From a virus: a stretch of DNA of 64,000 nucleotides. Of this stretch, positions 51,721-60,240 are shown in pieces. Each line of letters starts with the position of its first letter. The first letter of the stretch is position 1. The position numbers were made by a program, and so were the translations under genes. Location of the stretch: the IMG/VR virus record IMGVR_UViG_3300046779_001442, positions 46,901-110,900 of that record, one strand, 5' to 3'. Below the pieces are notes generated by a model. It ran no database searches. It was given only the letters and a program-made list of their open reading frames with translations, and was not told where the DNA came from.

Positions 51721-52011
51721 ATGAATGAACAACTAAAAGCAATGATTGCATCATACGGACGCTCTGTCCTTGGTGCTGCATCAACACTATACCTAGCTGG
51801 AGTGACTGATCCACTAGATTTAGTCTGGTCACTTGTAGGTGCTCTCGCACCAGTAGCAATTCGCTACATCAATCCAAATGACCCAGCATTTGGTCGTGTA
51901 CCAAAGGTTGAAGAGGTAGAGGTTGCTCTTGCAGCAGCAAAACCTGCTAAGGCACCTGTAAAGAAGGCACCTGCTAAGAAGGCTACTACAAAGAAGCCTG
52001 CTTCAAAGTAA
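51721..52011 (+). CDS. Putative holin-like membrane protein with Lys/Ala tail
   Basis: AGGAGG RBS; two hydrophobic segments, NPNDPAFG; KKAPAKK tail. Confidence 0.5.
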   Translation: MNEQLKAMIASYGRSVLGAASTLYLAGVTDPLDLVWSLVGALAPVAIRYINPNDPAFGRVPKVEEVEVALAAAKPAKAPVKKAPAKKATTKKPASK

Positions 52012-52026
52012 TATAAATAAAGATTG

Positions 52027-52058
52027 GGCAGGCTGCAATATGTGGCCTGCCTTTTCTT
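52027..52058 (+). terminator. Rho-independent terminator
   Basis: ggcaggctgca-ata-tgtggcctgcc followed by T-run. Confidence 0.8.
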
Positions 52059-52074
52059 ATGCTATAATAATCTT

Positions 52075-52356
52075 ATGACTCAACATGCACTACTAACTCT
52101 TTCAAGCTCTATAGCTACTAGACTAACCCCCAATGGAATACACTCTGGTCTCGACATCACAATTCAAAATGTAGATGACTCTGCATATGTTTATGTTGGC
52201 GGAGAGGGAGTCACCGCACTAAGCTACGGATACAGAATTGCTCCTGGTCACGCAATTTCTTGGGAGCTCCCAGGAAACGACTCTTTGTATGCTATTACAG
52301 ACACGAATCTATCAAAATTAGCAGTATTAAAAACAAGTCTTGAGAGCGGTAGCTGA
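52075..52356 (+). CDS. Hypothetical beta-rich protein (leaderless)
   Basis: TGCTATAAT + 6 nt + ATG. Confidence 0.65.
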   Translation: MTQHALLTLSSSIATRLTPNGIHSGLDITIQNVDDSAYVYVGGEGVTALSYGYRIAPGHAISWELPGNDSLYAITDTNLSKLAVLKTSLESGS

Positions 52357-52802
52357 TGGCTAGATTTACACATCCAAGCATTTCTATGTCAGCAACTACG
52401 GCAGACGGGACATGGACTATTGAGGGTGGAACTTTAAATGGATCTCAGCCGACATTTGATGGGTCACCAATGTTTTCTGGGGAATGGCTTTTAATCGGAA
52501 AACTCTGTCACTTCTCTATTGATGTAGATATGGACAACATTACAAGCTTTGGTTCTGGCCAATATTATGTCAAGCTTCCATTCGCATCTAAACAAAACTA
52601 TTTAATGTCCGATGGATGCTTACATGACATCTCAACTGGTGATGAGTATGCAGTGCTTGGGCATGTTCAGGCTGGCTCAGATACCCTGTCACTTTTGACA
52701 ACTACATCAAATGGAAAGCAGAACCCATTTAATAGTGGTGTTCCAGTAAATCTAAATCAACAAGATAATTTTCATATCAGCGGAACATACATCATCGAAT
52801 AA
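52356..52802 (+). CDS. Hypothetical protein, fibre-tip-like domain
   Basis: GEWLLIGKLC...YVKLPF...ISGTY pattern; TGATG coupling. Confidence 0.5.
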   Translation: MARFTHPSISMSATTADGTWTIEGGTLNGSQPTFDGSPMFSGEWLLIGKLCHFSIDVDMDNITSFGSGQYYVKLPFASKQNYLMSDGCLHDISTGDEYAVLGHVQAGSDTLSLLTTTSNGKQNPFNSGVPVNLNQQDNFHISGTYIIE

Positions 52803-52810
52803 GGAGAAAA

Positions 52811-53365
52811 GTGATGACAGACAATATAAACGACTACATACTTAAGCAATCACCATGTTGGGATGGCTACGTTCAGCGTGGAATGAAGCCCAAAGATGGC
52901 AAGATGGTTCCAAACTGTGTGCCTGCTGCAAAGGCTGACGACTTATGGGAAGATGACGACGATGTTGTCTATGATAGCGAATCGGTGTCTAAGGCAGACG
53001 GATACTCTCCTCCTTCGGGAGCAAGATCTGCTGCTCGTAGGGCAATTAAGTTTAAAGAAGATGGAAAAGCTAATGGTGCTGGAACTGCAGTTGGATGGAC
53101 CCGTGCAGGGCAGCTAGCAAGAGGTGAGTCGTTATCTCTAAGCACTGTAAAGCGTATGTACTCTTACTTCTCACGCCATGAAGTAGATAAGAAGGGCAAG
53201 GACTGGGGAAACTCTGCAAATCCTTCTAATGGATACATCATGTGGCTTGCTTGGGGTGGTGACGCAGGCTATTCTTGGTCTCGTAGAATTGTAGAAAGCG
53301 AAAAGAATAAGGCCCTGTTTGCTGATTTTGGTAAAGATTATACAAAGACTACTAGAATTATATAA
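52811..53365 (+). CDS. Hypothetical phage protein (possible head-associated)
   Basis: PCWDGY...VPNCVP module plus GT.VGW.RA.QLA...RM.SYFSRH...WGG domain. Confidence 0.55.
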   Translation: MMTDNINDYILKQSPCWDGYVQRGMKPKDGKMVPNCVPAAKADDLWEDDDDVVYDSESVSKADGYSPPSGARSAARRAIKFKEDGKANGAGTAVGWTRAGQLARGESLSLSTVKRMYSYFSRHEVDKKGKDWGNSANPSNGYIMWLAWGGDAGYSWSRRIVESEKNKALFADFGKDYTKTTRII

Positions 53366-53367
53366 GT

Positions 53368-54018
53368 ATGGACTTTAATTTTAAGCCAAAAATTATAAAA
53401 AATTTACTGTCTGATGAAGAAAGACAAGAGCTTAAAAACGCTATACGATCTGTTCGTGAAGGACAAATAGAGTGGTCCGAAAAGGTTCAGTTTCAATGGT
53501 GGGGAAGAATAAATCATAGTATTCCAATTCCAGAATCTGTAATGCGAAAATTTTTAGAGGTAGCACATAGAGAAGGCTCCCCAGAACTAGAAAGAACTGA
53601 TCACGCATCATTCTGTTATGACATTAAGTATGGTGATTATACACAGCTACCACCACATTTAGATGCTCCAAAGAATCAGTTTCAAATGGATTATCAGGTA
53701 GAGTCAAATACAAAATGGGCAATTGTAGTTGAAGGTGAAAGATTTGAACTAGAAGACAATGATGTTTTATTGTTTGCTGGTGGATATCAAATGCACTGGA
53801 GAGAAGAAAAAACACTACAGCCTGGAGAATATGTAGACATGTTTGACATATCTTTTGCTGTTCCTAATTTTCAAGAAAGATACGATGCTGGAGAGTTTGC
53901 AATTTCACCAGAACATATTGATATACGACACGCAAGGGCATTGGGAATGCAAAAACCTATCAAGCGTGGGGAATGCAGAAGCACAGACCAAATAGATCAT
54001 TCAATGTGTAATCACTAA
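53368..54018 (+). CDS. 2OG-Fe(II) oxygenase family protein
   Basis: LPPHLD...DYQ...MHWR; paralog of 19258 and 19808 genes. Confidence 0.78.
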   Translation: MDFNFKPKIIKNLLSDEERQELKNAIRSVREGQIEWSEKVQFQWWGRINHSIPIPESVMRKFLEVAHREGSPELERTDHASFCYDIKYGDYTQLPPHLDAPKNQFQMDYQVESNTKWAIVVEGERFELEDNDVLLFAGGYQMHWREEKTLQPGEYVDMFDISFAVPNFQERYDAGEFAISPEHIDIRHARALGMQKPIKRGECRSTDQIDHSMCNH

Positions 54019-54038
54019 CAAAGTGATATAATATTATT

Positions 54039-54127
54039 GTCTCTCACACAGGCTATCGCTCTTAGGATGGATTAGTTACCTATTTTATGACCGTGCGTCT
54101 AGCAGGTAGGATGTCTGTGTGAGAGAT
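54039..54127 (+). ncRNA. Candidate 89-nt small RNA with its own promoter
   Basis: TGATATAAT + 6 nt, then 15-bp terminal stem gtctctcacacaggc / gtctgtgtgagagat. Confidence 0.6.
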
Positions 54128-54870
54128 TATTTAATGCCCAAATCTTTATGTCTTCTATCAAACGCATCTAATGCATTATGATAATCATCCATTAGCTTAT
54201 TTGTTAGGTGAAACTTCTCAACCATTTCTCTGATTATATTATACTCTTCTGGCTTTTCTACTGGAAAAGCATTAGCAGCACCACTCTTATAATTTATATC
54301 ATTTTTAGCATGCTCTATATGACCTGCAAGGTGTTGGTCAATCTGTTCTTTTGTCTTCATGTTGCACTCTCCAGTGCCTCCAGAAAGCCTATAGAGGTGT
54401 GGAAGAACATTCTCAAGGTCTTCTGTTACCTGCTCGAATGTAAAGGGAACTATGCGGTCTAGAGCTAGCATTGAGCCATATGTATATCCTTCCCACATCC
54501 TAGATTCCTGATACATAGACTCTTTAATAAACTCTTCCTTTTTATCACGGAAGAATGCCATATTTCCTTCAACAATTTCTGGTCTTCCTGCAATGGTCGC
54601 TCCACCAAAACCATAAGACGTTTTTAAAATTTGCGAGGTAACTGCATCAATTGGATTTCTCATTACGGTTGTAACAGTAACTCCTGGAAGGTCTGCCCTA
54701 AATAATAGTGGTTCATGACACAATATGATCCAGTTGTCAGTCTGGCTCCATTCGCCAGCAATTCTTGGATCTTTTCCATCCCTATCATTGTGACCATACA
54801 TATCTCTAATTAGATCAAAAAAGAAAAACCCTGCCGTTCTTGGCATTGTATTTAAAATAATTTTATACAT
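54127..54870 (-). CDS. Sulfotransferase-like protein
   Basis: PRTAG (5'-PSB-like) and RNPIDAVTS (3'-PB-like) motifs; coupled behind GT60-like gene. Confidence 0.6.
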   Translation of the reverse strand: MYKIILNTMPRTAGFFFFDLIRDMYGHNDRDGKDPRIAGEWSQTDNWIILCHEPLLFRADLPGVTVTTVMRNPIDAVTSQILKTSYGFGGATIAGRPEIVEGNMAFFRDKKEEFIKESMYQESRMWEGYTYGSMLALDRIVPFTFEQVTEDLENVLPHLYRLSGGTGECNMKTKEQIDQHLAGHIEHAKNDINYKSGAANAFPVEKPEEYNIIREMVEKFHLTNKLMDDYHNALDAFDRRHKDLGIK

Positions 54871-55993
54871 TGTGAAAACTACCAACCTTTACTGTAAATG
54901 AGTCATCAACGATTTTATACGTATTAATTTTACCATACCCACCCTGATAGGCTACCTCTAATAGCGTGTCATGGAATAGTTTGTCGCTAACAAATTGTGC
55001 ATTCTCTAAATCTATTTTTGGGGCTCTTTTTATCTCTAAAGTTATTGGGTCATATCCAATAAAATTAATATATTCACGTATAGTCCTCACACTAAAAGCC
55101 CCATTCTCAAGATGGTATCCAGCATTGCTGCTAAGGTTAAATATCTTTTGGTACTCTTCAAATGACTCAAGGTTAGCAATCTTGTACCTTTTGTTACGCT
55201 CCTCATTATCCCATCTATAGTGCCTGATAAAGCTATCACCTTTGGATCCCTCTTCCCTCCAATAGTTAAAGTTATTTGTATATAAATATGATGGAGAGAT
55301 AACGTTATATCCAGCTGTCCATGCACGTAACATCATTGTCTGTTGCTCAAAACATTGTGCTACCTTTTCTGGGAATGGAACTTCTCTGACGTAATAAGAG
55401 TATGCAAAGACCATGTTTCCATTATAAAATTTTTCCTGAATCATAAGATTGTTTGGCTTAGTAACCACTCTTCCATTTAGAGATATTTCGTGTTCAAAAT
55501 TCACATTTTCACGAATCCAGCTCCACTCTTCGTTAGAAGCATAAGATGTAAGTGGGTCAGCAATAAATGGATCTGACCAAGATGTAAAGTAAGATGTTTG
55601 TGAATTTATAATGCTTTTACCAAACAATCTATTTGCTATAAGCAACTCTGTCTTGAGCATTATGTCCCAATTTTTTCTAAACTTAGTATGGGAGTCAATC
55701 TGTAGGTAATAAGATTCATCAGTCATTAGTTTGTCTGACACAGCTTTTTTAATTTCACATAAATATATTGATGCATTATCTCCATTAACCATCTCTATTT
55801 TAATATTTACATGAGATAGATTAGTCTTTAGCTTTTCAATCATCCAAGCATCTTCTTCGTAACCCTGAAAATATACACCAAACACTAAAGACTCTTTGTC
55901 AAATGCCTGTTCGTATGCAGACTTAATTGTCTCATATACAAAAGGATCTCTCCAACAAGGTATAGCAATAAATATTTTATTATTCATGAACAC
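54863..55993 (-). CDS. GT60/Gnt1-like glycosyltransferase
   Basis: IFIAIPCWRDP, YYLQIDSHTKFRKNWD, EQ...RAWTAGY. Confidence 0.82.
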   Translation of the reverse strand: MFMNNKIFIAIPCWRDPFVYETIKSAYEQAFDKESLVFGVYFQGYEEDAWMIEKLKTNLSHVNIKIEMVNGDNASIYLCEIKKAVSDKLMTDESYYLQIDSHTKFRKNWDIMLKTELLIANRLFGKSIINSQTSYFTSWSDPFIADPLTSYASNEEWSWIRENVNFEHEISLNGRVVTKPNNLMIQEKFYNGNMVFAYSYYVREVPFPEKVAQCFEQQTMMLRAWTAGYNVISPSYLYTNNFNYWREEGSKGDSFIRHYRWDNEERNKRYKIANLESFEEYQKIFNLSSNAGYHLENGAFSVRTIREYINFIGYDPITLEIKRAPKIDLENAQFVSDKLFHDTLLEVAYQGGYGKINTYKIVDDSFTVKVGSFHNV

Positions 55994-56222
55994 CCCTTTC
56001 GTATTCTCTCTGTTTGTGACAGTTTGAGCAAACTACATCGCATTTTTTTACTTCCTTCCATGCTGCATCTTTACCGTATTTTCTGAGTACACGATAAACC
56101 ACATCAACCTTCTTAACCCCTGGCCTATGGTCAAACTCTAATATGTAATGGGGGTAGTGGACTTTGCAATCCTTGCACCCCATCTTTTCTTTATAAGCCT
56201 GAAACTGAGAGTATTGATTCAT
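55980..56222 (-). CDS. HNH-like small nuclease domain protein
   Basis: CKDC...LEFDH...KCDVVCSNCH. Confidence 0.75.
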   Translation of the reverse strand: MNQYSQFQAYKEKMGCKDCKVHYPHYILEFDHRPGVKKVDVVYRVLRKYGKDAAWKEVKKCDVVCSNCHKQREYERGVHE

Positions 56223-56258
56223 TACTTATATTATAGCAAACAGCGGTATAATAATAAT

Positions 56259-56483
56259 ATGAATTTTGAAGCTTTCGACTACAATTTAGATGAAAGGCAT
56301 GCTTTACTTTTGCAGAGAATTGACGATATAACATCAGAGATATATTCTATTGGTGCATATGAAGAGAGAAAAGCCATTTTTGATCACATACGTGAACTAA
56401 TTCAGCAAAAAGACATCGCTGGAGATATGATTGCCGTAGAGGTCCTCTGCTGGACCCTAGATCAAATTGCGTCTGAAGCGTAA
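56259..56483 (+). CDS. Hypothetical protein (leaderless)
   Basis: TATAAT + 6 nt + ATG. Confidence 0.6.
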   Translation: MNFEAFDYNLDERHALLLQRIDDITSEIYSIGAYEERKAIFDHIRELIQQKDIAGDMIAVEVLCWTLDQIASEA

Positions 56484-56597
56484 GTCTGATATAATTGTAA
56501 AAATAAATCATTTTGTTATCAAAATGTAATCATTGAATTCAAAAAACACTCTAATACGATTGTATAATTGTATTCTTATAACCTAAAGGAGATATTT

Positions 56598-56819
56598 ATG
56601 ACTACGGTTTATTCAAAACCAGCCTGTGTCCAATGTGACATGACAAAGAAAATGCTAGATAAGAATGGGATTGAATATACTGTGATAGATATCACACAAG
56701 ATGCACAAGCCTATGACAAAATTGTTAGTATGGGATTTATGTCAGTACCAGTTGTCATTTCTGGAGACCAGGCTTGGGCAGGCTTTCAGCCAGACAAGAT
56801 AACTGCACTAGCAGCTTGA
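56598..56819 (+). CDS. nrdH: Glutaredoxin-like NrdH
   Basis: VYSKPACVQC, VPVV, WAGFQPDKI; AGGAG RBS. Confidence 0.93.
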   Translation: MTTVYSKPACVQCDMTKKMLDKNGIEYTVIDITQDAQAYDKIVSMGFMSVPVVISGDQAWAGFQPDKITALAA

Positions 56820-56870
56820 CATAAACCCACACAATTGCTATAATCTATACTATAGAGAAATGGGTATTTA

Positions 56871-57032
56871 GTGAATTGGCATTTAATTTGGGACATGCTT
56901 TCTGATATAAACCATATTGTTGTAGACTTTTTTTGGAATACTATATATGAGTTGACAGTAGCAGTTATTTCCTATAAAATTATAGTTAAGAAATTAGAAA
57001 AGAGATTCAAAAATAATGATGGACAAAATTAA
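56871..57032 (+). CDS. Small membrane protein, FFWN paralog 1 (53 aa, not in ORF track)
   Basis: Downstream of TTGACA-17-TATAAT (56816-56844); HIVVDFFWNTIY. Confidence 0.6.
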   Translation: MNWHLIWDMLSDINHIVVDFFWNTIYELTVAVISYKIIVKKLEKRFKNNDGQN

Positions 57033-57726
57033 GGTATTAGATGATGGCTATGTCAGATTGGTTGATGTTCTTGGAAACGACCTTAGCGTTGTTAACGCTG
57101 CTCGTGTTAGTTATGATAAGGAAAGTGACGAATTCTCTCAACGAGATCAAAGACTCATTGAATTCCTTGTCCGAGAAGGTCACACATCTCCGTTCAGACA
57201 CGCAGCAATCACCTTGGAAGTTTACGCACCGCTCTTTGTCGCAAGACAATGGTGGAAGTATGCAGTCGCATCAACACATGTAGATGATCAAAATGGATGG
57301 AACGAATCTTCTAGACGATATATCACAGAAGATGAGGAGTTCTACGTACCACTTTCTGATGAATGGCGTAGCAAGCCAGAGAATAGTAAGCAGGGCAGCG
57401 GTGAACCAATTGATGAAGAAAAGGGTGCTTGGTACTTTGAAAAGCTAATTCAGACCATTGCATCTGGAACTAGCCTATACCATCAGGCCATGGAAGACAA
57501 CATTGCACCAGAGCTTGCTAGGCTATTTTTGCCAGCATATGGAATGTACGTACGTTGGCGTTGGACAGCCTCCCTACAGGCAATTATGACCTTCCTAGAC
57601 CAGCGTCTAGAGCATGATGCTCAGTGGGAAATTCAGCAATACGCAAAAGCGGTACGGGACTTGACAAATGATGTTTTTCCACGTACAATGGAGCTATACA
57701 AAACATTTAAGGAGAATAATGATTAA
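57016..57726 (+). CDS. thyX: FAD-dependent thymidylate synthase
   Basis: VNAARVSY, HTSPF, PLFVARQ, NESSRRY, PELAR, AQWEI. Confidence 0.92.
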   Translation: MMDKIKVLDDGYVRLVDVLGNDLSVVNAARVSYDKESDEFSQRDQRLIEFLVREGHTSPFRHAAITLEVYAPLFVARQWWKYAVASTHVDDQNGWNESSRRYITEDEEFYVPLSDEWRSKPENSKQGSGEPIDEEKGAWYFEKLIQTIASGTSLYHQAMEDNIAPELARLFLPAYGMYVRWRWTASLQAIMTFLDQRLEHDAQWEIQQYAKAVRDLTNDVFPRTMELYKTFKENND

Positions 57727-58009
57727 GCCACTAGAAGATAAAGTAGTAGTAAAGCCAATTGAAGAATCTGAGAAGACAAGTGCAGGCGGTTTGATTATTG
57801 CCAATGTAAACAATGAGAAGCCAACTGAAGCTATTGTTATTGCAGTTGGTCCAGGATTCACTGCTGCAAATGGTGATAAGGTTACTATTGATCTAAAGCC
57901 AGGAGACAAGGTAATCTATTCAAAGTATTCTGGCACAGAGATTGAGCACAACTATGAGAAGCTAATTATCCTTCCATACCGTGACATCTTTGCAGTAGTT
58001 GAGGGATAA
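57719..58009 (+). CDS. groES: Co-chaperonin GroES
   Basis: IKPLEDKVVV, SAGGLII, VIAVGPG, GDKVIYSKYSGTEI. Confidence 0.93.
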   Translation: MIKPLEDKVVVKPIEESEKTSAGGLIIANVNNEKPTEAIVIAVGPGFTAANGDKVTIDLKPGDKVIYSKYSGTEIEHNYEKLIILPYRDIFAVVEG

Positions 58010-58182
58010 TGCACACTGAAGATCTATTAGAAGTTGTTTTTGGTCTAGAGCACATTATTGCAGAATTTTTCTGGAATGCTGTATTTGCAATTGCAGTATT
58101 GGCCTTATCAAAATCAAAGGCACTAAGTCGAATTCATAAGTACATTGACGACAGGCACGAGGTAAAGCATGACAAGTACTGA
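58009..58182 (+). CDS. Small membrane protein, FFWN paralog 2 (57 aa, not in ORF track)
   Basis: TAATG coupling to groES; HIIAEFFWNAVF. Confidence 0.7.
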   Translation: MHTEDLLEVVFGLEHIIAEFFWNAVFAIAVLALSKSKALSRIHKYIDDRHEVKHDKY

Positions 58183-58381
58183 GCTAAAGTGTAATTGGCC
58201 ACATGGTTATTTACACGTAACACAGCAACTCCTAGATGACCAGAAGAAGCATCAGAGACTTAATACATATAATGAAATGATTAAAGATCTTGAGTCAGAA
58301 CTATATGCAAACAAGAATGAAGACCCTTACTATGCATACTATGTAAAGGCAGTAATCGAACGAATACAATCTAAGATATAA
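58169..58381 (+). CDS. Hypothetical protein
   Basis: GAGG RBS; overlaps previous ORF. Confidence 0.6.
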   Translation: MTSTELKCNWPHGYLHVTQQLLDDQKKHQRLNTYNEMIKDLESELYANKNEDPYYAYYVKAVIERIQSKI

Positions 58382-58387
58382 AGTCTT

Positions 58388-58464
58388 GGGGCAGTAGTTC
58401 AGTTGGTTAGAGCACCACTCTTATAAGGTGGTTGTCGTGGGTTCAAGTCCCACCTGCCCTACCA
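58388..58464 (+). tRNA. tRNA-Ile(TAT)
   Basis: Cloverleaf; loop ctTATaa; A73 and encoded CCA. Confidence 0.9.
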
Positions 58465-58465
58465 T

Positions 58466-58537
58466 CTCTCCATAGCTCAGCGGAAGAGCAGCAGGTTTCT
58501 ACCCTGCGTGTCGGGAGTTCGAATCTCTCTGGGGAGG
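58466..58537 (+). tRNA. tRNA-Arg(TCT)
   Basis: Cloverleaf; loop ttTCTac. Confidence 0.9.
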
Positions 58538-58557
58538 CAAATGATATAATGGAAAAT

Positions 58558-59115
58558 ATGAAAGAAATACAAGTAATAGAGAATCTCATCTCTAGCGATG
58601 ATGCACAAACAATCATAGATTTTATTGAAGATAAGCTAGGCTTATTTGTATACAACAAAGAGCGTAAAAGATATATGCTTAGATTTGGGTATGACGAAGA
58701 GTTACCAGAGCAAGCAATTCATTCTATGTTTATTGTAAGACCAATCAAAGATGTTTTATTAAAAATATTTCAAAGAGCTAATAATATGGTTGGCGATGAC
58801 CTATTTTTAACATCTTGGTTTATTTCAAAACAAGTTCCTGGAGCAAAGCTGTTGCCACATAAAGATGGGACTGCAGGAATGAATGATCATTTAGAATACA
58901 CAGCAATGCTATATTTAAATAATTTAGACAACAATGGCATAATAACATTCCCAGATTTAGACATCAACATAACTCCTAAACTTGGAGACCTTGTTATATT
59001 TAGATCTTTAGATCATGAACACATGGTTTCTGAAATAACTCAAGATAGATATTCTATCCCAATGTGGTTCACAAAAGATGAAAGCTTAAAGTTTAATGGA
59101 CAAAATATTTATTAA
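58558..59115 (+). CDS. 2OG-Fe(II) oxygenase (prolyl 4-hydroxylase-like)
   Basis: PHKD, MLYLN, PKLGDLVIF, HMV, RYSIPMW; TGATATAAT 7 nt upstream. Confidence 0.88.
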   Translation: MKEIQVIENLISSDDAQTIIDFIEDKLGLFVYNKERKRYMLRFGYDEELPEQAIHSMFIVRPIKDVLLKIFQRANNMVGDDLFLTSWFISKQVPGAKLLPHKDGTAGMNDHLEYTAMLYLNNLDNNGIITFPDLDINITPKLGDLVIFRSLDHEHMVSEITQDRYSIPMWFTKDESLKFNGQNIY

Positions 59116-60034
59116 TATTGCAGCATATAGAGACCCACTTCTAGTAAGGACACTTCATCAGGCGTTAGATAATGCTGATAATCCAGAGCTTTTGGTTTTT
59201 GGAATTGGAATGCAATATGAAAAAGCTATATATCCAACACTTTCATTTGTTCCAAAAGAACAGTTAAAAATAATTGATTATGATATTCAAAATCGTCCAG
59301 GTGTAACAAAAATTAGATATGAAATAACTAGCTTTCTTTATAACCAAGAAAAATATTTTTTAATGATTGACTCTCATAGTAAGTTTGAAAAAGGCTGGGA
59401 CACTTATTTGAAAAAATCTCTTGATAGTCTTGGGACTCGTACAATAATTACTGGTCTTGGACATATTGAAGATGGCAAAATATTGTTGGCAAAGTCAGTG
59501 ATTGAGCAGGGTAGGAGAGAGCTAGCGTTTGTTAGACAAAACTATTCACAAGACTTTAAAGAGGATGATGCTGGATCTTTCATTAAATGCCCATACATTG
59601 TTTGTGGTTTTATGTTTACATATGGATCGTTTATCTCTGAAGTTGGATTTGATGAGTATAGTCAGTTTGGATCAGAAGAACCATATCTATCTTGGAGAGC
59701 ATTTATGTCTGGATGGGACATATATCATACATCATATTGGCCAATAGTTCATGCCCCAGACGAGTACTATGATGCAGCATGGGGTGGCCATGAAAACAGA
59801 ACGTTCTTGAGGAAAGAGTCTGAGTCTTTATTTAAACTACACAGATTGATGCAACAGTCTTTAGCTTATGTTTATAACGACTATTCTATTTATGCTATTA
59901 AAAATTCACAAAAAAATCCGATAGATTGGTTTTTGGCAAACGGTCACACCAAGAGCGATTATGTAAAAATAAAAGATCATTTTGACAAAATGATACGAAA
60001 TCAAGCAACAGAGCATGATATAATAATACTATGA
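59096..60034 (+). CDS. GT60/Gnt1-like glycosyltransferase
   Basis: IFINIAAYRDP, YFLMIDSHSKFEKGWD, CGFMF, GSEE...RAFMSGWDIY. Confidence 0.85.
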   Translation: MDKIFINIAAYRDPLLVRTLHQALDNADNPELLVFGIGMQYEKAIYPTLSFVPKEQLKIIDYDIQNRPGVTKIRYEITSFLYNQEKYFLMIDSHSKFEKGWDTYLKKSLDSLGTRTIITGLGHIEDGKILLAKSVIEQGRRELAFVRQNYSQDFKEDDAGSFIKCPYIVCGFMFTYGSFISEVGFDEYSQFGSEEPYLSWRAFMSGWDIYHTSYWPIVHAPDEYYDAAWGGHENRTFLRKESESLFKLHRLMQQSLAYVYNDYSIYAIKNSQKNPIDWFLANGHTKSDYVKIKDHFDKMIRNQATEHDIIIL

Positions 60035-60219
60035 CAGATAGTCCTAAATGTACCTTTTGCGGTAATGACAATATGGCAGAGATTAAGTATGGATACCCAA
60101 CTCCAGTAATGATCGAACGTGCACGTCAAGAATTGATTGCACTTGGTGGAATTAAAGATGTTGGCTATACGCACTACTGCTACTCATGTAATGAGACATT
60201 TCCACCTACAGAGTGGTAA
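60031..60219 (+). CDS. Small zinc-binding protein (leaderless)
   Basis: CTFC...YGYP...LGG...CYSC; TGATATAAT + 6 nt + ATG. Confidence 0.7.
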   Translation: MTDSPKCTFCGNDNMAEIKYGYPTPVMIERARQELIALGGIKDVGYTHYCYSCNETFPPTEW

Positions 60220-60240
60220 ATATCACATTTTACTAAAAAT

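Noticed and set aside
57016-57726. ThyX lacking the canonical RHR motif (RQWWKY) as a neofunctionalised base-modifying enzyme
   Set aside because: Other catalytic motifs (HTSPF, NESSRRY, ELAR) are intact; a natural sequence variant is the simpler explanation, and nothing else supports a new function.
58432-58557. N-terminal extension of the 58432 ORF
   Set aside because: Overlaps two tRNAs; real start is at 58549 or 58558.
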